The position numbers and the translations under genes are program-made. Positions 36,096-45,823 of a stretch of DNA of 61,081 bases are shown piece by piece; positions within the stretch are counted from its first letter, which is position 1, and each line of letters starts with the position of its first letter. Source of the DNA: a virus. Taxonomy: Duplodnaviria > Caudoviricetes. A model generated the notes under the pieces. It made no database searches and was not told the DNA's origin. It was given only the letters and a program-made list of their open reading frames with translations. The DNA is taken from IMG/VR virus record IMGVR_UViG_3300039308_000035, one strand, 5' to 3'.

Positions 36096-36830
36096 ATGAA
36101 CCGCTCAGAACAGATTTGGGCGTATTACCACAAGCTAAATGAGGGATGCGCTCCAAAGGACCTCATTCACTTGCGAAACCAAATCGCACAAACCAACGAT
36201 CGCCTGGCAATCAAAGCTGCTCGCAAAATGCAGCAGAGATGCAACTTGCCCTTAGAAGATTGCATTCAGCTCTCTCGCATGGGGATGCTGAAAGCGATTC
36301 CAAAATTTGATCCGACCAAAGGCGTCGCCTTCAGCAGCTTCATTGTTCCCTATTGTGAAGGAGAAGTGAAGCATTTTTTGAGAGACCATAAGCACCTGGT
36401 TAAGTCGCCGCGTCGCTGGCAAGAAAAGTCAGATGAAGCCAGATGCATTCAACTCAAAATGGCAAATCATGGCAATCGGCTCATTACCTTAGATGAAATC
36501 GCTACAAAAGGGATGGGGCTGCCGAAAGACCATTGGGAGACGATTGCTCATGCGACGCAGCATAAGCCTTGCGCCACGTTGGATGATGCTTTGCAGGTTG
36601 CAGCTCCTGAATCAATGCCCTTGGAAGAGCGAGAAGAGCGAGAGGCAATTCAGGAAGCTGTTCTAGGGGCATTAGGTAAACTGCCGAAGCTGACGCAGCA
36701 ATGCCTGATTGAAAAGTTCTGGGGTGATCTGCCAGATATCGTGATTGCCAAGCGCCATCACATGACCCCTGTACAACTGCAAACCCTTTTTACTAACGCC
36801 CTACAGGAATTGAGAACTGTACCATGCTGA
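36096..36830 (+). CDS. Group 3 (SigF/SigJ/SigB-like) RNA polymerase sigma factor
   Basis: LRNQIAQTNDRLA, EDCIQLSRMGMLKAIPKFDPTKGVAFSSF...GEVKHFLRD...VKSPRRW, region-4-like C-terminus. Confidence 0.92.
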   Translation: MNRSEQIWAYYHKLNEGCAPKDLIHLRNQIAQTNDRLAIKAARKMQQRCNLPLEDCIQLSRMGMLKAIPKFDPTKGVAFSSFIVPYCEGEVKHFLRDHKHLVKSPRRWQEKSDEARCIQLKMANHGNRLITLDEIATKGMGLPKDHWETIAHATQHKPCATLDDALQVAAPESMPLEEREEREAIQEAVLGALGKLPKLTQQCLIEKFWGDLPDIVIAKRHHMTPVQLQTLFTNALQELRTVPC

Positions 36831-37543
36831 CGATCGACATCCTGACCGGACCTGAAACTGAACAACTCCAGCAGCAAGAATCCCGCATTGAGCAAGGCTT
36901 AAAGGCTTTCTTCTGGGAAGTGGGCGATGCACTCAGCACTATTCAGACCCAGCGTTTGTATCGTGCTCAGTTTGACACTTTTGAAGATTATTGCCGTGAG
37001 CGCTGGCAGTTCAGCAGCGACTATGCCTACAAATTAATCCGTGGTGCCGAGACGATCGCCACGCTCAAGTCTGCTGATGTTAGCAATCTACCCACCACCG
37101 AATCACAGACCCGCGAACTGACAAAGCTAAGTAACCCAGAGCAGCAGATTGAGGCATGGGTTGAGGCTTCGCAGAATGCTCCTGCTGGTAAACCAAACGC
37201 AACTCAGGTGAAGCAGGCAGTTCAGCAGGTTCAGAAGCGATCGATGGTCACGCCTGGCAGCCGGGTAAAGGTAACGGATGGTGAACATCAGGGCAAAGAA
37301 CTGGAGGTTGCTAAGACTGAGAATTCGGGTGCAGTTGTCTATTGCAAATTAGACTCAGGTGAGAGCTATCCTTTTCTCGCTGGCGAAGTTGAGACAGTGG
37401 AAGTGGCTCCAGCTCCAGCGCCTAAGCCCAAGATTGACCACAAGAAAGAGAGTCAGGATTTAAAGACGCTGCTACATCGCTGCTTACCCTACCTGCCAGT
37501 GGAACTACAAATTGAAGTAGAAGCAGCGATCGGGAATATTTAA
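36824..37543 (+). CDS. Phage DNA-binding protein (DUF3102-like) with KOW-like motif
   Basis: EVGDALSTIQTQRLYR...TFEDYCRERW; PGSRVKVTDGEHQG. Confidence 0.65.
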   Translation: MLTIDILTGPETEQLQQQESRIEQGLKAFFWEVGDALSTIQTQRLYRAQFDTFEDYCRERWQFSSDYAYKLIRGAETIATLKSADVSNLPTTESQTRELTKLSNPEQQIEAWVEASQNAPAGKPNATQVKQAVQQVQKRSMVTPGSRVKVTDGEHQGKELEVAKTENSGAVVYCKLDSGESYPFLAGEVETVEVAPAPAPKPKIDHKKESQDLKTLLHRCLPYLPVELQIEVEAAIGNI

Positions 37544-37721
37544 GGCAACTCCTCACTGATGAATCACCGTTGCTCAGGTTTCTGCCTGAGCTTTTTCGCT
37601 TTCTAGCGGCACAATCACCTGAAGCACGATCGCCCTCCCTTGGATGAGCAGAGTTTGTCCCTCGCTGATGCAGGTGACATGATGCCGATCGCACAGAGCA
37701 AACAGCTCTTTCAAAAAACTC

Positions 37722-38432
37722 TCAGGCATTGCCCTTCCCTCGCCGCAGCGTTTTTGCTTTTAGGACCTGTAAGCGGTGGGTTGGATCAATACCCCCGTCA
37801 TAGCTTTGACATAAACCTTCCAGCCAAGGTGCCCAATCGATCGAACTGACTGCTGCTCGCCAGGTCATGTGATACTTCAGCTCTCGGAATCGATCGTTGG
37901 CCAGCTGGTCAATAATTTGGCGGTTATAGCGACGGATGTATTTATCTCCGGCGTATACTCCCGCGATTCCTTGAAAATCACCAGCAAGCAAATGCACACC
38001 ATGAATGCGACGGCTTTTGAAGTGCCTGCCTTTTGCATCGGTGCCGGAGTATTCGCTGACAAATCCTGAGATCCAGTAATGAGATGCAAGGTATTGCGTC
38101 TGGGTCTGGATCTGCGTCGCAAGGGTTTGAGCCAGGGCGCTGTGACGAGCTTGCACGTAAACCAAGGGATCAACAATTCGGCGCTCGGAGAGGTCAACTC
38201 GGAGTTGGCTGAGGTTGATGGCACAAATCCAAAAGGAAAGTCGTTCATGATGACGTTCTATCTTCCATAAGTCGATGCAGCCTGGAATTGAAGTGTCTTG
38301 CAGGCGGAAGACAGAAACGGAGTCACTGTGATATTCCTGCAAGATTTCCAGATGTGATGGCAATGCCAAATCGATGCCCAGCATTTGCTTGAGCCATCGA
38401 AGAAGTTCTTTGAGCCAACTCTGAATCTCCAC
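37722..38432 (-). CDS. Hypothetical protein, candidate lysis protein
   Basis: 236 aa, coupled downstream of the holin-like gene. Confidence 0.55.
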   Translation of the reverse strand: MEIQSWLKELLRWLKQMLGIDLALPSHLEILQEYHSDSVSVFRLQDTSIPGCIDLWKIERHHERLSFWICAINLSQLRVDLSERRIVDPLVYVQARHSALAQTLATQIQTQTQYLASHYWISGFVSEYSGTDAKGRHFKSRRIHGVHLLAGDFQGIAGVYAGDKYIRRYNRQIIDQLANDRFRELKYHMTWRAAVSSIDWAPWLEGLCQSYDGGIDPTHRLQVLKAKTLRRGKGNA

Positions 38433-38435
38433 ATT

Positions 38436-38726
38436 TCAACCCAGCCGCTTGTCGGCAAGCCACTTATAAATTTCTTCTGTAGGCGCTTTCCTGATACCCC
38501 ATGCCAGAGCAGCGATCGCTGTGGTTCGTCCTACCGCTTGTTCAAAGGTGTAGTCCGGCTGAAATGCTTCTTTGACCATGACTCCAGCAGGGAGCATCAT
38601 CAGGGCATAGAGCAACAGCTCAAACGGGTCGAGATGAATTCGTCTGCCTTGCCCAAACTCCAGCGTTAAGCCGTCCGTCTTTCGGTTGGGGCAGGCGATC
38701 GGGCATTCGGGCGGTTGGTCAGGCAT
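38436..38726 (-). CDS. Holin-like small membrane protein
   Basis: 96 aa, two hydrophobic segments, charged C-terminus; GGGAACTCT at 38753-38761. Confidence 0.5.
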   Translation of the reverse strand: MPDQPPECPIACPNRKTDGLTLEFGQGRRIHLDPFELLLYALMMLPAGVMVKEAFQPDYTFEQAVGRTTAIAALAWGIRKAPTEEIYKWLADKRLG

Positions 38727-39084
38727 ACAAAAAATTGGGGTTCTCTGCTGCGAGAGTTCCCTGACGGAAAAAGTGGAAGAGTGATCGGTTGATGGATCTT
38801 AGTGGAAGTGGGCAGCAATATAGGTTGCGATCGAATTTCCATGACTAGTGCAAACCAAGCACACTGCTAGGAATGGCAAAACCATAGTATGGCGGGTTCT
38901 GGAAATGTCCAAAACTGACTTAACTTTTCGATGTAGCAGATCCTCGTCCAATTCAACTCGATGAGTCCAGCCGGCGATCAGCACTCTCCTAATTTGTCCT
39001 GATGAACTTGGCTCAATCAGAGCAACGCGATGTAAAAGCGGCAAAAACTCAACGTAGACTAGTATTACGCTCAGTGAGGTCGCG

Positions 39085-39798
39085 ATGCCGCTCGAAAACC
39101 GCCTGCTCCAAGCCATGCCGCAAGCACTCTCCGAAAAGCTTGCGCCTGCCCTGAAAACCGTTTCGCTGCAACTGGGCGATCGCCTACATGAGCCTGGTGA
39201 AGAGATTCGTGAACTCTATTTTCCTCTAGACTGCGTGCTGTCGATTACGCTGATGATGAGCGATGGCACAACGGCTGAAACGGGACTGATCGGTAACCGG
39301 GAAGTGATTGGGGTCAACGCCTTTATGGGGGGTAGAGAAACAACCCAAACCACCTATATTGTGCAACATGCAGGCAGTGCCATGAAGATCGATGCGTCAA
39401 TCCTGCTCAAAGAGTTTGACGTTAATAAAGACCTACGCGATGTGATGCTGCGCTACACTCAAGCCTTTATTGCCCAAATCTCACAAACCACTGCCTGCAA
39501 CAGCCTCCATAAGCTAGACCAACGATTGGCTCGTTGGCTCCTGGAAGTGCATGACCGCGTGGGAAGAGATGAGTTAGCTCTGACCCAGGAGTTCATATCC
39601 CACATGCTAGGTGTGCGTCGAGCTGGTGTGACTCAAACCGCTCAAAAGCTTCAGGGAAAAGGGCTGATTCGCTACAATCGGGGGCGGGTTCATATTCTGA
39701 ATCGTTCTGAGCTAGAAGCTTGTGCTTGTGAGTGTTTCCACATGCTTAAACAAGAATACGATCGCCTGCTAGGAACCATTCATGGAATTACTCCGTGA
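39085..39798 (+). CDS. Crp/Fnr family transcriptional regulator
   Basis: cNMP-like domain; QRLARWLL...LTQEFISHMLGVRRAGVT. Confidence 0.93.
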   Translation: MPLENRLLQAMPQALSEKLAPALKTVSLQLGDRLHEPGEEIRELYFPLDCVLSITLMMSDGTTAETGLIGNREVIGVNAFMGGRETTQTTYIVQHAGSAMKIDASILLKEFDVNKDLRDVMLRYTQAFIAQISQTTACNSLHKLDQRLARWLLEVHDRVGRDELALTQEFISHMLGVRRAGVTQTAQKLQGKGLIRYNRGRVHILNRSELEACACECFHMLKQEYDRLLGTIHGITP

Positions 39799-40021
39799 AT
39801 GGCTCTCATTTTTCAGGCAAAACAAGGAGCAGCAGCGATTGATTCACCCGCATCATTTTTTCAAAACCAATCGTGAGCTTGAACACAACCATCCAAGATT
39901 TTCCGAGGTGCGAAATCGTACCAAACTCTGCCTTTGCTGAAACTATCATGAAATAAGGCTTAGAGGTAATAGCCAGTAACCGTTTAGCTCATCTGACATT
40001 TCGTAATTCTTCTGCAAAACG

Positions 40022-40435
40022 ATGCAACAGCAAACGGCATTGCCTACTATTTTCGTCCTTGAACCAGACGATGAGGTGCGACCAGTTCTGACACAGAATC
40101 TCAAAAACTGGGGCTATCAAGTCGTCATGGCATGCAATGAATCAGACGCAATGCAACGTGTCCAAAAGCATAGACGCTTCAATCTCATTTTGCTCAACCA
40201 ATTCAGGCAGTCTATTGAGGAGTCAAGGGCGATCGGGCAACTCATCCGCAAAGCGGCAGGACTTGATGGACATACATCCATTGTCATCATGGCAGAACAG
40301 TATGGGGCAGATCTGGAAGGACAAGATATTCAAGTTGGGGAAGGGGAGTGTGTCACTTACTTGGAGGACGGGGAACAGCTTAAACGACTCCTCTATCGGC
40401 TCTGTCCAGGTTGTTCAAATAGCTTGCCCAATTAG
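40022..40435 (+). CDS. Atypical single-domain response regulator receiver
   Basis: IFVLEPDD...GYQV...LILLNQ (Asn at the phospho-Asp position). Confidence 0.75.
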   Translation: MQQQTALPTIFVLEPDDEVRPVLTQNLKNWGYQVVMACNESDAMQRVQKHRRFNLILLNQFRQSIEESRAIGQLIRKAAGLDGHTSIVIMAEQYGADLEGQDIQVGEGECVTYLEDGEQLKRLLYRLCPGCSNSLPN

Positions 40436-40532
40436 CAGCCAGGCAAGGTGTATTGCAGTAGCAGCTTTACCGATCGATCGCCTCTCACCACAGACGATCG
40501 GTTAATGTTACCCGGTGGGAGCGGGGCAGCAA

Positions 40533-40880
40533 TTACGCTGCGATCGACGTTTCCAGTTGTGCCAAACTCAATCTAAATTCCAGCTTGGCGACAGAGAACT
40601 GACTGCGGAGCAGCTCTGCTTCAATCTGCAGTTTAACGAGCGCATCTTGAGCATGTTGGAGTTCGAGCAATGTGCCCTGATACTCTTCATCTGCCTGCAA
40701 TTCAGCCTTCCTAGATTTGCGCTGTGACTCGTTTTTAAGCTCAGCGTCAAAGGCGACAGCGCACTCAATCTCTCGATCGAAGGTCTGCAAAATGTCTTTC
40801 AGTTTGCGAACCTTTTGCTCCTGGTTGAGAACAGTCAGTTGCTTGTCTGCAATGTGTTGTGGAAATTCGGAAAGTTGCAT
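40533..40880 (-). CDS. Coiled-coil hypothetical protein
   Basis: AFDAELKNESQRK...LELLRSQFSVAKLE-type coiled coil. Confidence 0.65.
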   Translation of the reverse strand: MQLSEFPQHIADKQLTVLNQEQKVRKLKDILQTFDREIECAVAFDAELKNESQRKSRKAELQADEEYQGTLLELQHAQDALVKLQIEAELLRSQFSVAKLEFRLSLAQLETSIAA

Positions 40881-40920
40881 GATGTTTACCAATAAAAGAA
40901 GGACTGGATTGAAGCGAGCA

Positions 40921-41103
40921 TTAGCGATTCCAATGCACAGTTTGCAAGTTGAAACCGGGATATCGTCGAACGACTTCTTGAGCTAGTAAACAGTTGTCGA
41001 ATCGTTCTAGACAAAGCGTTGCTGCGATCGATCCTGTCTCGGGGCTCCAGATCTGAATGTTGGCGATCGCTGCTTTCGTAGGTGTTGCGCTTGTGATGTC
41101 CAT
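40921..41103 (-). CDS. Small hypothetical protein
   Basis: 60 aa with upstream AGGA. Confidence 0.45.
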   Translation of the reverse strand: MDITSATPTKAAIANIQIWSPETGSIAATLCLERFDNCLLAQEVVRRYPGFNLQTVHWNR

Positions 41104-41194
41104 TACCGTCCTGAACCTCTGTTGTCGTTGTTAAGGTGCATAAGCTTGTCCTGATGGTTGGGTTAGGAAGGGGAGACGGCTCCCCAGGGTTGGC

Positions 41195-41509
41195 TTATGC
41201 AGCAGCGACGATCGGTTGAACAGCTTCGATCGGTTGCAGTTTGTTCAGTTGGCGATCGAATTCGGAGCGGTTGAAAGCGTTCTCGCGGCGACCTTCGACC
41301 AGGTGAAACATGCCGTCATCTACCAGCGATTCGATGCTTGACTCAAGCCACTTCACGATGGCTTGCTGCAAATCACGAGTGTCATACGCTGCTCCAGACT
41401 CGATCGCGTAGTGGGCTTGCAGCTGCATTACGAGGTCTGCGATCGAGTTGTGGGTGGATTGGCTGATGTAGATGTCGGTGGAAGGGATTTGGGAATTTTG
41501 GTTTAGCAT
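41195..41509 (-). CDS. Hypothetical protein
   Basis: 104 aa, GAGGT RBS, structured leader upstream and GGGGAG/CTCCCC hairpin downstream (41170-41185). Confidence 0.6.
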   Translation of the reverse strand: MLNQNSQIPSTDIYISQSTHNSIADLVMQLQAHYAIESGAAYDTRDLQQAIVKWLESSIESLVDDGMFHLVEGRRENAFNRSEFDRQLNKLQPIEAVQPIVAAA

Positions 41510-41771
41510 TGAGTTACCTCATATTTTTGTGGGTTCCCGCCTCTTCAGTCCGTCTGCCAAGTTGGTCCTGAAGGAGCGGGATTGTTTTAGGTTTGGCAAT
41601 CGCCTTACCTGAATTAAATATAGCACTCAACGCTATGGATTTAATTCAGAAATCACGAATTTAGCATTATTATCTTGTATAAGATTCTAGTGCTACATAA
41701 ATAACTTTTATATCTATCTATATAGCACTTATAGTTATACTTAAGGCGTTGCATCCGATAGGTGGTAGGTT

Positions 41772-42038
41772 ATGGCTGAAGTGCTAGAAAAGGTTCCTAG
41801 TGTGGCGCGTATTAGCTGGAAGTTAAGGCAAGTGCTAGCCGATCGAAAGATCACAAACCAGGCTTTATCAGAAGTCACCGGCAGCCATCCCACAACGATT
41901 TCTCGCTTGAAGTCGAAAGACACTATCCCTGCAATTGGGAATGACGAGATTGAGAAAATTCGGCGGGCGATCGAGGAGATTAGCGGCAGACCTTGCTTAA
42001 TGGCTGAACTGGTTCAGGTGGATGAGGGTGTCGATTAG
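41772..42038 (+). CDS. Cro/C1-type HTH regulator
   Basis: WKLRQVLADRKITNQALSEVTGSHPTTISRLK. Confidence 0.85.
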   Translation: MAEVLEKVPSVARISWKLRQVLADRKITNQALSEVTGSHPTTISRLKSKDTIPAIGNDEIEKIRRAIEEISGRPCLMAELVQVDEGVD

Positions 42039-42076
42039 CCTTCACCATGAGTATTGACGTAGCACAAATAAAATGA

Positions 42077-42119
42077 AGCCCCCAAAATCGCAGCAGAGGA
42101 CAAGCGATTTTGGGGGCTT
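42077..42119. terminator. Perfect-stem hairpin between convergent genes
   Basis: AGCCCCCAAAATCGC/GCGATTTTGGGGGCT. Confidence 0.65.
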
Positions 42120-42135
42120 AAGTTAGGTACTGGTT

Positions 42136-42813
42136 TTAGGATAGGGCAGGCGGTTGAACTGCCTCGACATCAAGATTTTTGCCCACCTGATATAACACGC
42201 CACTGTCATCCTGGATCAGCCGATATTGATAAGTGAATTTCCGCCAGTTCGATCGGGTTGGAACGTCCACCCCTAGCCAGCTTGTCTCGATTATCGATCT
42301 AGGGTTATTCGGCTCCAGCTGTTGAGTTGATCGGTTCAAGTCTTCCAGGTCTGGCAGATGCCAATATTCTCGCCGCTGACGGTTGATGGCTTGCTCAACC
42401 GTCGCACCTGAAATTAAGACCTGACAGGACTCTGACATTGCGATCTGCTGCTGCGATTGTAGATCCGAACTGAGCTTGACCAGCACCCACTTCTCATCGG
42501 GATGCTCTAGAAAATTTTCCAATTCGCGGACGATTGGTAGAGACAGCCGCATCTGTGCGACTCGAATACCGGGCAGTAGAACAGAGTTAAACATCATGCC
42601 CCCTGGATTTGCCATTGATGCCAATACTCTAAACGGCTTGCGACAGCCAGGATATCTGACCAGCGTGTGAGGCTTGTCAAATTCCATCGCCCATCGTGCC
42701 AGCATTGCTGTTCTATTGCGGATTGTCTGTCGTGCCGCTTCGTAGCTCGACAAAAACAAAACTACTGCATCTGGCGTGATTTCCAACCGATCGCTATCCA
42801 ATTGGAGCTGCAT
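42136..42813 (-). CDS. Hypothetical protein, possible PAS-like C-terminus
   Basis: YWHLPDLEDL...WRKFTYQYRLI pattern. Confidence 0.55.
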   Translation of the reverse strand: MQLQLDSDRLEITPDAVVLFLSSYEAARQTIRNRTAMLARWAMEFDKPHTLVRYPGCRKPFRVLASMANPGGMMFNSVLLPGIRVAQMRLSLPIVRELENFLEHPDEKWVLVKLSSDLQSQQQIAMSESCQVLISGATVEQAINRQRREYWHLPDLEDLNRSTQQLEPNNPRSIIETSWLGVDVPTRSNWRKFTYQYRLIQDDSGVLYQVGKNLDVEAVQPPALS

Positions 42814-43165
42814 CGCTACTCCTCTGCCCAACTCTGTTTCGCAAGGCTATCAAGACTTCTAATTCCATATCAAGCGTATGCGCCAGGTCGCAAAGCTCAC
42901 CGTCGTCAATCCATTCTCCAGATGCCAGACGAGTAAGCAGCGTTTTGGCATCTGGCAGATAGGCGATCGGGCGCTTCCTGAGAAATGCCACATGATCCGC
43001 TAAGGGGCGGGAGCCAAGCCGAAACCCGAACTGAATCACGTCCCCGTCCGTTGTGCCCATCAAATCAGAGATGTCTTTGATGAATTGCCATTCCGCATCG
43101 GTGAACGTGAGCCTACTCTGACGCTGCACTCGTTTCTTGTCTTTGTCCGCCTTCTCTCCTGCCAT
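42794..43165 (-). CDS. Putative ribbon-helix-helix/HTH regulator
   Basis: RLTFTDAEWQFIKDISDLMGTTDGDVI. Confidence 0.55.
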   Translation of the reverse strand: MAGEKADKDKKRVQRQSRLTFTDAEWQFIKDISDLMGTTDGDVIQFGFRLGSRPLADHVAFLRKRPIAYLPDAKTLLTRLASGEWIDDGELCDLAHTLDMELEVLIALRNRVGQRSSDAAPIG

Positions 43166-43344
43166 GCAACCGATCGCCTTAAACGTCTTAAATTAAGGCT
43201 ACTTCAAGCCAGCACGATCGAGCTAGAACGTCACAAAATTCCGCTGTTTTGAAGCAAAATCTAGCACTGTGCACCTTCTAGATGGCTTCGTGTCTTGCCT
43301 TTAAAGAGTTTCAGCGATTTGACCAGAAATAACGCCGCAAATCC

Positions 43345-43381
43345 TTCTGAACTTGCACAACGCTTTTTCTGAACTTGCACA
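43345..43381. repeat. 15-bp direct repeat pair, candidate operator
   Basis: TTCTGAACTTGCACA at 43345 and 43367; inverted TGTGCAA at 43411. Confidence 0.7.
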
Positions 43382-43481
43382 GCTTTTCAAGCAAAAAAAC
43401 CAGAAAAAAATGTGCAACGTACTTGATTAGTCAGCAAATTGACTTACATTAAGTGCATAAGGTGTGCTTGAGATTGGATCA

Positions 43482-44006
43482 ATGAACATTCAACTTGCCC
43501 AAATCAGAGAAGAGCTAACTTCTTTCATGCCAGGGAAAACGCTGTGCAACGAAACTTGGCAGCGATACAAGCGAATTGTGGGCGTTGCCGATCGCAAGCG
43601 CACCTGTAGCCGAGATCAATGGGTTCTGCTTTGTGCCTGTGTCGCGTTTCGTCGGATGCGTCGAAGCATCACACCGATCGCCCTCAAGATTTTTGTCCGC
43701 AACAATCAAAATGATCCAATGGCGTTTTTGCCGGGATACATTCCCCAATCCGCGCTGAATGATGTTCCAGATGTGGCAGTTGGGTTGGAGCTGGCGGAGG
43801 CGATCGAGCGGAAGACAAGCTACTGCCCTTCTGAATGGACATTGCGCCGATGGACAGCGCGGCTTGGATACGGCAAATGGAGCAGACACAAGGAGTTTTC
43901 CGAAGCCCAGATCAAGGCTTACATCAATCTCTACTTTCAAATCCGTTATCAGGAGATTGAGAGAGGGCATCAGAACAACTTTGCAAACCGGAGAAATGTA
44001 GCATGA
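43482..44006 (+). CDS. Putative DNA-binding protein (tandem HTH-like)
   Basis: CNETWQRYKRIVGV and PSEWTLRRWTARLG; first gene of the operon. Confidence 0.6.
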   Translation: MNIQLAQIREELTSFMPGKTLCNETWQRYKRIVGVADRKRTCSRDQWVLLCACVAFRRMRRSITPIALKIFVRNNQNDPMAFLPGYIPQSALNDVPDVAVGLELAEAIERKTSYCPSEWTLRRWTARLGYGKWSRHKEFSEAQIKAYINLYFQIRYQEIERGHQNNFANRRNVA

Positions 44007-44530
44007 CCCCATCTGAAATCGTTGATTCACTTTCGGCACAAGGAGTCGAAGTTAGCGAATCACAGCTTAAAGCTGAACTTTCCAAACGGGGCATTGAGCT
44101 TAACGAAATCAATGCAGAGACGATCGGTATTCTTGCAGATCACTTCCGCTTGCTGAATGGCGAGTCTTCTGCTCTTGTAACTCCTGAACTGGAGCAACCC
44201 AAAGCAAAGGGTAAAAAAGGAGGTAGCCTAACCCGCAGTCAACGCCAAGGACTTGCTTCGCAGTCTACTTCCCCTACTCCTGTTAATCGGGTAGAGCCGA
44301 TCGAAATTCAGCCACGACTTGACAAACTTAAAAATGGTTCTCGGCAGGTAGGCAGCGATTTAGACGATCTGGTTTCTACGTTTGAAGCAGGAACCCAGGC
44401 TAAGGGCTTGCAGGTTAACAGCAGATTGCAAACTGCCATTAACAATATGTATGCCAGTGCCCTCAGTGTTGAATTTCCTGACCTAAGTGGGCACAAACAG
44501 CAGCTTGCTAACTTATTCGGGCTGGAATAA
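44003..44530 (+). CDS. Hypothetical protein
   Basis: ATGA-coupled 175-aa ORF. Confidence 0.65.
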   Translation: MTPSEIVDSLSAQGVEVSESQLKAELSKRGIELNEINAETIGILADHFRLLNGESSALVTPELEQPKAKGKKGGSLTRSQRQGLASQSTSPTPVNRVEPIEIQPRLDKLKNGSRQVGSDLDDLVSTFEAGTQAKGLQVNSRLQTAINNMYASALSVEFPDLSGHKQQLANLFGLE

Positions 44531-44925
44531 TGAGCAAAATCATTCAACGTCGAACATGGGAGTTACACCCCACCAGCAAAGACAAAGACGGCAACGCTCG
44601 ACCAACAATAACGACTGAAGTTGATCTACCTCCTGAACTGCTGGCACTGCTGGAGAAGCCACGAAACCAGCAAATCAACAATACCTACAACAACAACACT
44701 TACAACAATCAAACTCAACCGGAAAGTCAGAACTATCAACCATCTCAATTAAAGCAAAGTGTTTCTCCCTTCCCGTTTCTGACATTCCTGTTTGGTGCAA
44801 TCGCTTTTTTTGTTGCCTTTGCATATTTCTCAACCTCTGCTCAGTTGGCATCAGCACAACAACAACTGAATGATGCAAAGGTGACGATCGGCGCATACGA
44901 GAGAGCTATGGGGATGTTGAAATGA
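44530..44925 (+). CDS. Single-pass membrane protein
   Basis: FPFLTFLFGAIAFFVAFAYF, then coiled coil. Confidence 0.65.
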   Translation: MSKIIQRRTWELHPTSKDKDGNARPTITTEVDLPPELLALLEKPRNQQINNTYNNNTYNNQTQPESQNYQPSQLKQSVSPFPFLTFLFGAIAFFVAFAYFSTSAQLASAQQQLNDAKVTIGAYERAMGMLK

Positions 44926-45401
44926 GTGCGACAACCGTGATTCAGCAGAACTTAAATGAACGGCAGCAACTCTACTCTCAGGTTTTGGCAGAGGCGGGCA
45001 TTGAGCAGCAGTTAGCCGATCGGATGGCGGCAGAATTCGGAGGCAGCGCAAACCCACCACTGCAAGAGGCAGAACTGCAAGTTCTGACCGATGAGCAAAA
45101 AGTAGTTCTAGGAAAAATTCTGGAAGACTACCAAAAACGGCAGGTACAGTCTGAGCCTCAACCTGAATCGAAACCCGTTGCCTCTTCTGGCTTTCGTGCT
45201 TTAGATGAAAAGACACGGAACTGGTCAGAGCAGCCTGTTACTATTCGGCGCGATGGGTTCATCCTAGTCAATCTCGGATGCTTCATTATCTGCCTGCTGA
45301 TTGGCTGTCTGGTCGGGCAGGTTGGCGCAGGTAAGCAGCTAGACAAAATGAATGCCAATCTTCGGCAGTGTCAAATTCAACTACAGGAATCACTCAAATG
45401 A
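44922..45401 (+). CDS. Single-pass membrane protein
   Basis: FILVNLGCFIICLLIGCLVG, then coiled coil. Confidence 0.65.
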   Translation: MSATTVIQQNLNERQQLYSQVLAEAGIEQQLADRMAAEFGGSANPPLQEAELQVLTDEQKVVLGKILEDYQKRQVQSEPQPESKPVASSGFRALDEKTRNWSEQPVTIRRDGFILVNLGCFIICLLIGCLVGQVGAGKQLDKMNANLRQCQIQLQESLK

Positions 45402-45820
45402 AAAAGTTAATTGCAGGAGCGATCGGGATTGTTTTCCTTATGCCAACGGCAGCACACGCGACTAATTTATGGGAAGTTCTCAACGGGTTTGGTCAGCCTG
45501 TGAACTACGGGACGGTTCAGCCATCACAATCTGTCTACAACTACAGACCACAACAATCCGCTCCAACATATACAGAGCGATACTATCGACCTCAGACTTA
45601 TGCAAGCAATTATGTTGACTGTAATTCGATGGATCAGCTAGGTCGATGGGAAAGGCGTAGATCGTGTCCTCAAAATTATCCTCTTAGTCCCAGGCTCCGA
45701 AGGTTGAGCTATCCCGACAACGGCAGCACATTTAACTTCGATAGATTTCAGCCAGGAGACAGTCTAGGAAACACTCTGCTAACTGGCTTATTCCTTGCCC
45801 GATGGGGCAGACCTTGGTAA
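45398..45820 (+). CDS. Secreted protein
   Basis: Signal peptide MKKLIAGAIGIVFLMPTAAHA. Confidence 0.65.
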   Translation: MKKLIAGAIGIVFLMPTAAHATNLWEVLNGFGQPVNYGTVQPSQSVYNYRPQQSAPTYTERYYRPQTYASNYVDCNSMDQLGRWERRRSCPQNYPLSPRLRRLSYPDNGSTFNFDRFQPGDSLGNTLLTGLFLARWGRPW

Positions 45821-45823
45821 ACC

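Noticed and set aside
38799-39116. 105-aa minus-strand ORF
   Set aside because: Overlaps the Crp start head-to-head, has no motif and probably spans promoter DNA
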